Positions 15,878 to 16,762 of a DNA stretch of 16,762 nucleotides are shown in pieces (positions within the stretch are counted from its first letter, which is position 1; every line of letters begins with the position of its first letter). Under the pieces are notes generated by a model. That model did not search any database. It saw only the letters and a program-made list of their open reading frames with translations, and was not told the origin of the DNA. A program made the translations under genes and the position numbers. Source of the DNA: Candidatus Bathyarchaeia archaeon (GTDB lineage Archaea > Thermoproteota > Bathyarchaeia > Bathyarchaeales > Bathycorpusculaceae); NCBI GenBank assembly GCA_050010515.1, contig JBEKKX010000047.1, positions 1 through 16,762 on the forward strand. The letters are read 5' to 3'.

Positions 15878-16255
15878 ATGCCCAAGAAAAGGAGCAACAA
15901 TGACCCTTTTGGTTTTGGAAGCTTTGATTTAGGTTTGGGAAGTAGTTCAAATAGGGGTAAACGCTCAGAGAAACAACGGAAAAGAGACCAAGTAGCCGAA
16001 AATAGAGAAACTGGATTACGAAAGCAAAGGTTAGATGAATCGGGTTATAGGCTACAAGGTTATAAGGTTACAAGAAGAAGAACAGGTTGTGACTTTGAAG
16101 CAACAAGACCCAATATGATTACTGGAAGAAAAGAGCATATTTACGTTGAATCCAAGAGCAGTCCAAACGCTCCTATGAGACCGCTTCAGAAGAAGATGCA
16201 AAAAAAGAAAGGAAGAAATTACAGGGTTGAACGTGGCGATGGTCTCTTTTTTTAG
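15878..16255 (+). CDS. Small basic PD-(D/E)XK-fold putative nuclease
   Basis: E-containing helix, GYKV, GCDF, then YVESKS and a downstream LQ helix: the D...ExK...Q layout of restriction-like nucleases (Hjc / DUF3883 / VRR-NUC-like). Confidence 0.7.
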   Translation: MPKKRSNNDPFGFGSFDLGLGSSSNRGKRSEKQRKRDQVAENRETGLRKQRLDESGYRLQGYKVTRRRTGCDFEATRPNMITGRKEHIYVESKSSPNAPMRPLQKKMQKKKGRNYRVERGDGLFF

Positions 16256-16293
16256 CACGCGCACGCTGTAATTTGGATTAAGGAGAACATAAT

Positions 16294-16762
16294 ATGAGCA
16301 TACTTGAGAGAAAATATGCAGGTCGCGGTGTGAAGTTCATCTTTGCAATTACACCAAAATTAAAAGAAGAAGAATTTGGATTAGTTAAGAAAACATTAGT
16401 TACTGAGCCACTTTTTAGAAAATATTTCGGGTATGTTGATGTAACTGATTTGGGCGATAACGGAGCAGGGTCTATGATTAAAATATACTGTTCAAATGCT
16501 TTGTTCACTGTTAGCTTATCGAAAGCTGAAAAAGCCTATACTGAAATATTTTACAGTATGTTTGGTCGAACTGCTTCTTTGTGTATAGGCGTTTTGAAGA
16601 GAGATTTGGACATAATAGAATTTGACCTTTTGTATCGATTTATTCCAAAGGAAAAATCAGGTGAATTCATGCCGTTAATAACGCTTAAAACAATAGGAGC
16701 ATTCATCTTTTGGGGAAAGATAATCGCCAAAAGTAGGCATGAAGACCTAATAAAAATGGTTA
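16294..16762 (+). CDS. Hypothetical protein, partial (runs off the window)
   Basis: AAGGAG SD at 16280-16285 and ATG at 16294. The frame MSILERKYAGRGVKFIFAITPK... is open for 156 codons to the window end and is absent from the ORF track, presumably because it has no stop. No motif recognised. Confidence 0.8.
   Translation, partial: MSILERKYAGRGVKFIFAITPKLKEEEFGLVKKTLVTEPLFRKYFGYVDVTDLGDNGAGSMIKIYCSNALFTVSLSKAEKAYTEIFYSMFGRTASLCIGVLKRDLDIIEFDLLYRFIPKEKSGEFMPLITLKTIGAFIFWGKIIAKSRHEDLIKMV

Noticed and set aside
12503-16508. Shadow ORFs at 12503-12877, 12703-12897, 13358-13588, 14894-15082, 15572-15808, 16052-16264 and 16278-16508
   Set aside because: They overlap better-supported CDSs; the last is antisense to the SD-led frame starting at 16294.

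Overview
Archaeal window, probably Bathyarchaeia/TACK (inferred from protein style; no marker search was run). The middle is housekeeping on the minus strand: psmA-sdo1-rrp4-rrp41-rrp42-rpl37ae-(gap)-pcc1, an oppositely oriented SemiSWEET gene, then rps13-rps4-rps11-rpo3-rpl18e-rpl13-rps9-rpo10. Both flanks are accessory. On the left are a possible IS-transposase N-terminus, a perfect 31-bp ...ACA-t-TGT... palindrome resembling two abutted IS ends, two short signal-peptide stub ORFs and a membrane-anchored beta-helix (NosD/CASH-like) surface protein. The right flank (about 11380 to the end) holds a degenerate terminase-large-subunit C-terminal fragment, an AbrB-VapC-DUF2283 toxin-antitoxin triad and an AN1-zinc-finger/TM/CAP protein. 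These are followed by an AT-rich co-oriented run of 2H phosphoesterase, NUDIX-Zn-ribbon, small PD-(D/E)XK nuclease and an unknown partial ORF. The 2H and nuclease genes share a near-identical 27-bp promoter-region motif, making that run the best candidate for an undescribed system. No tRNA, rRNA or CRISPR array was seen.
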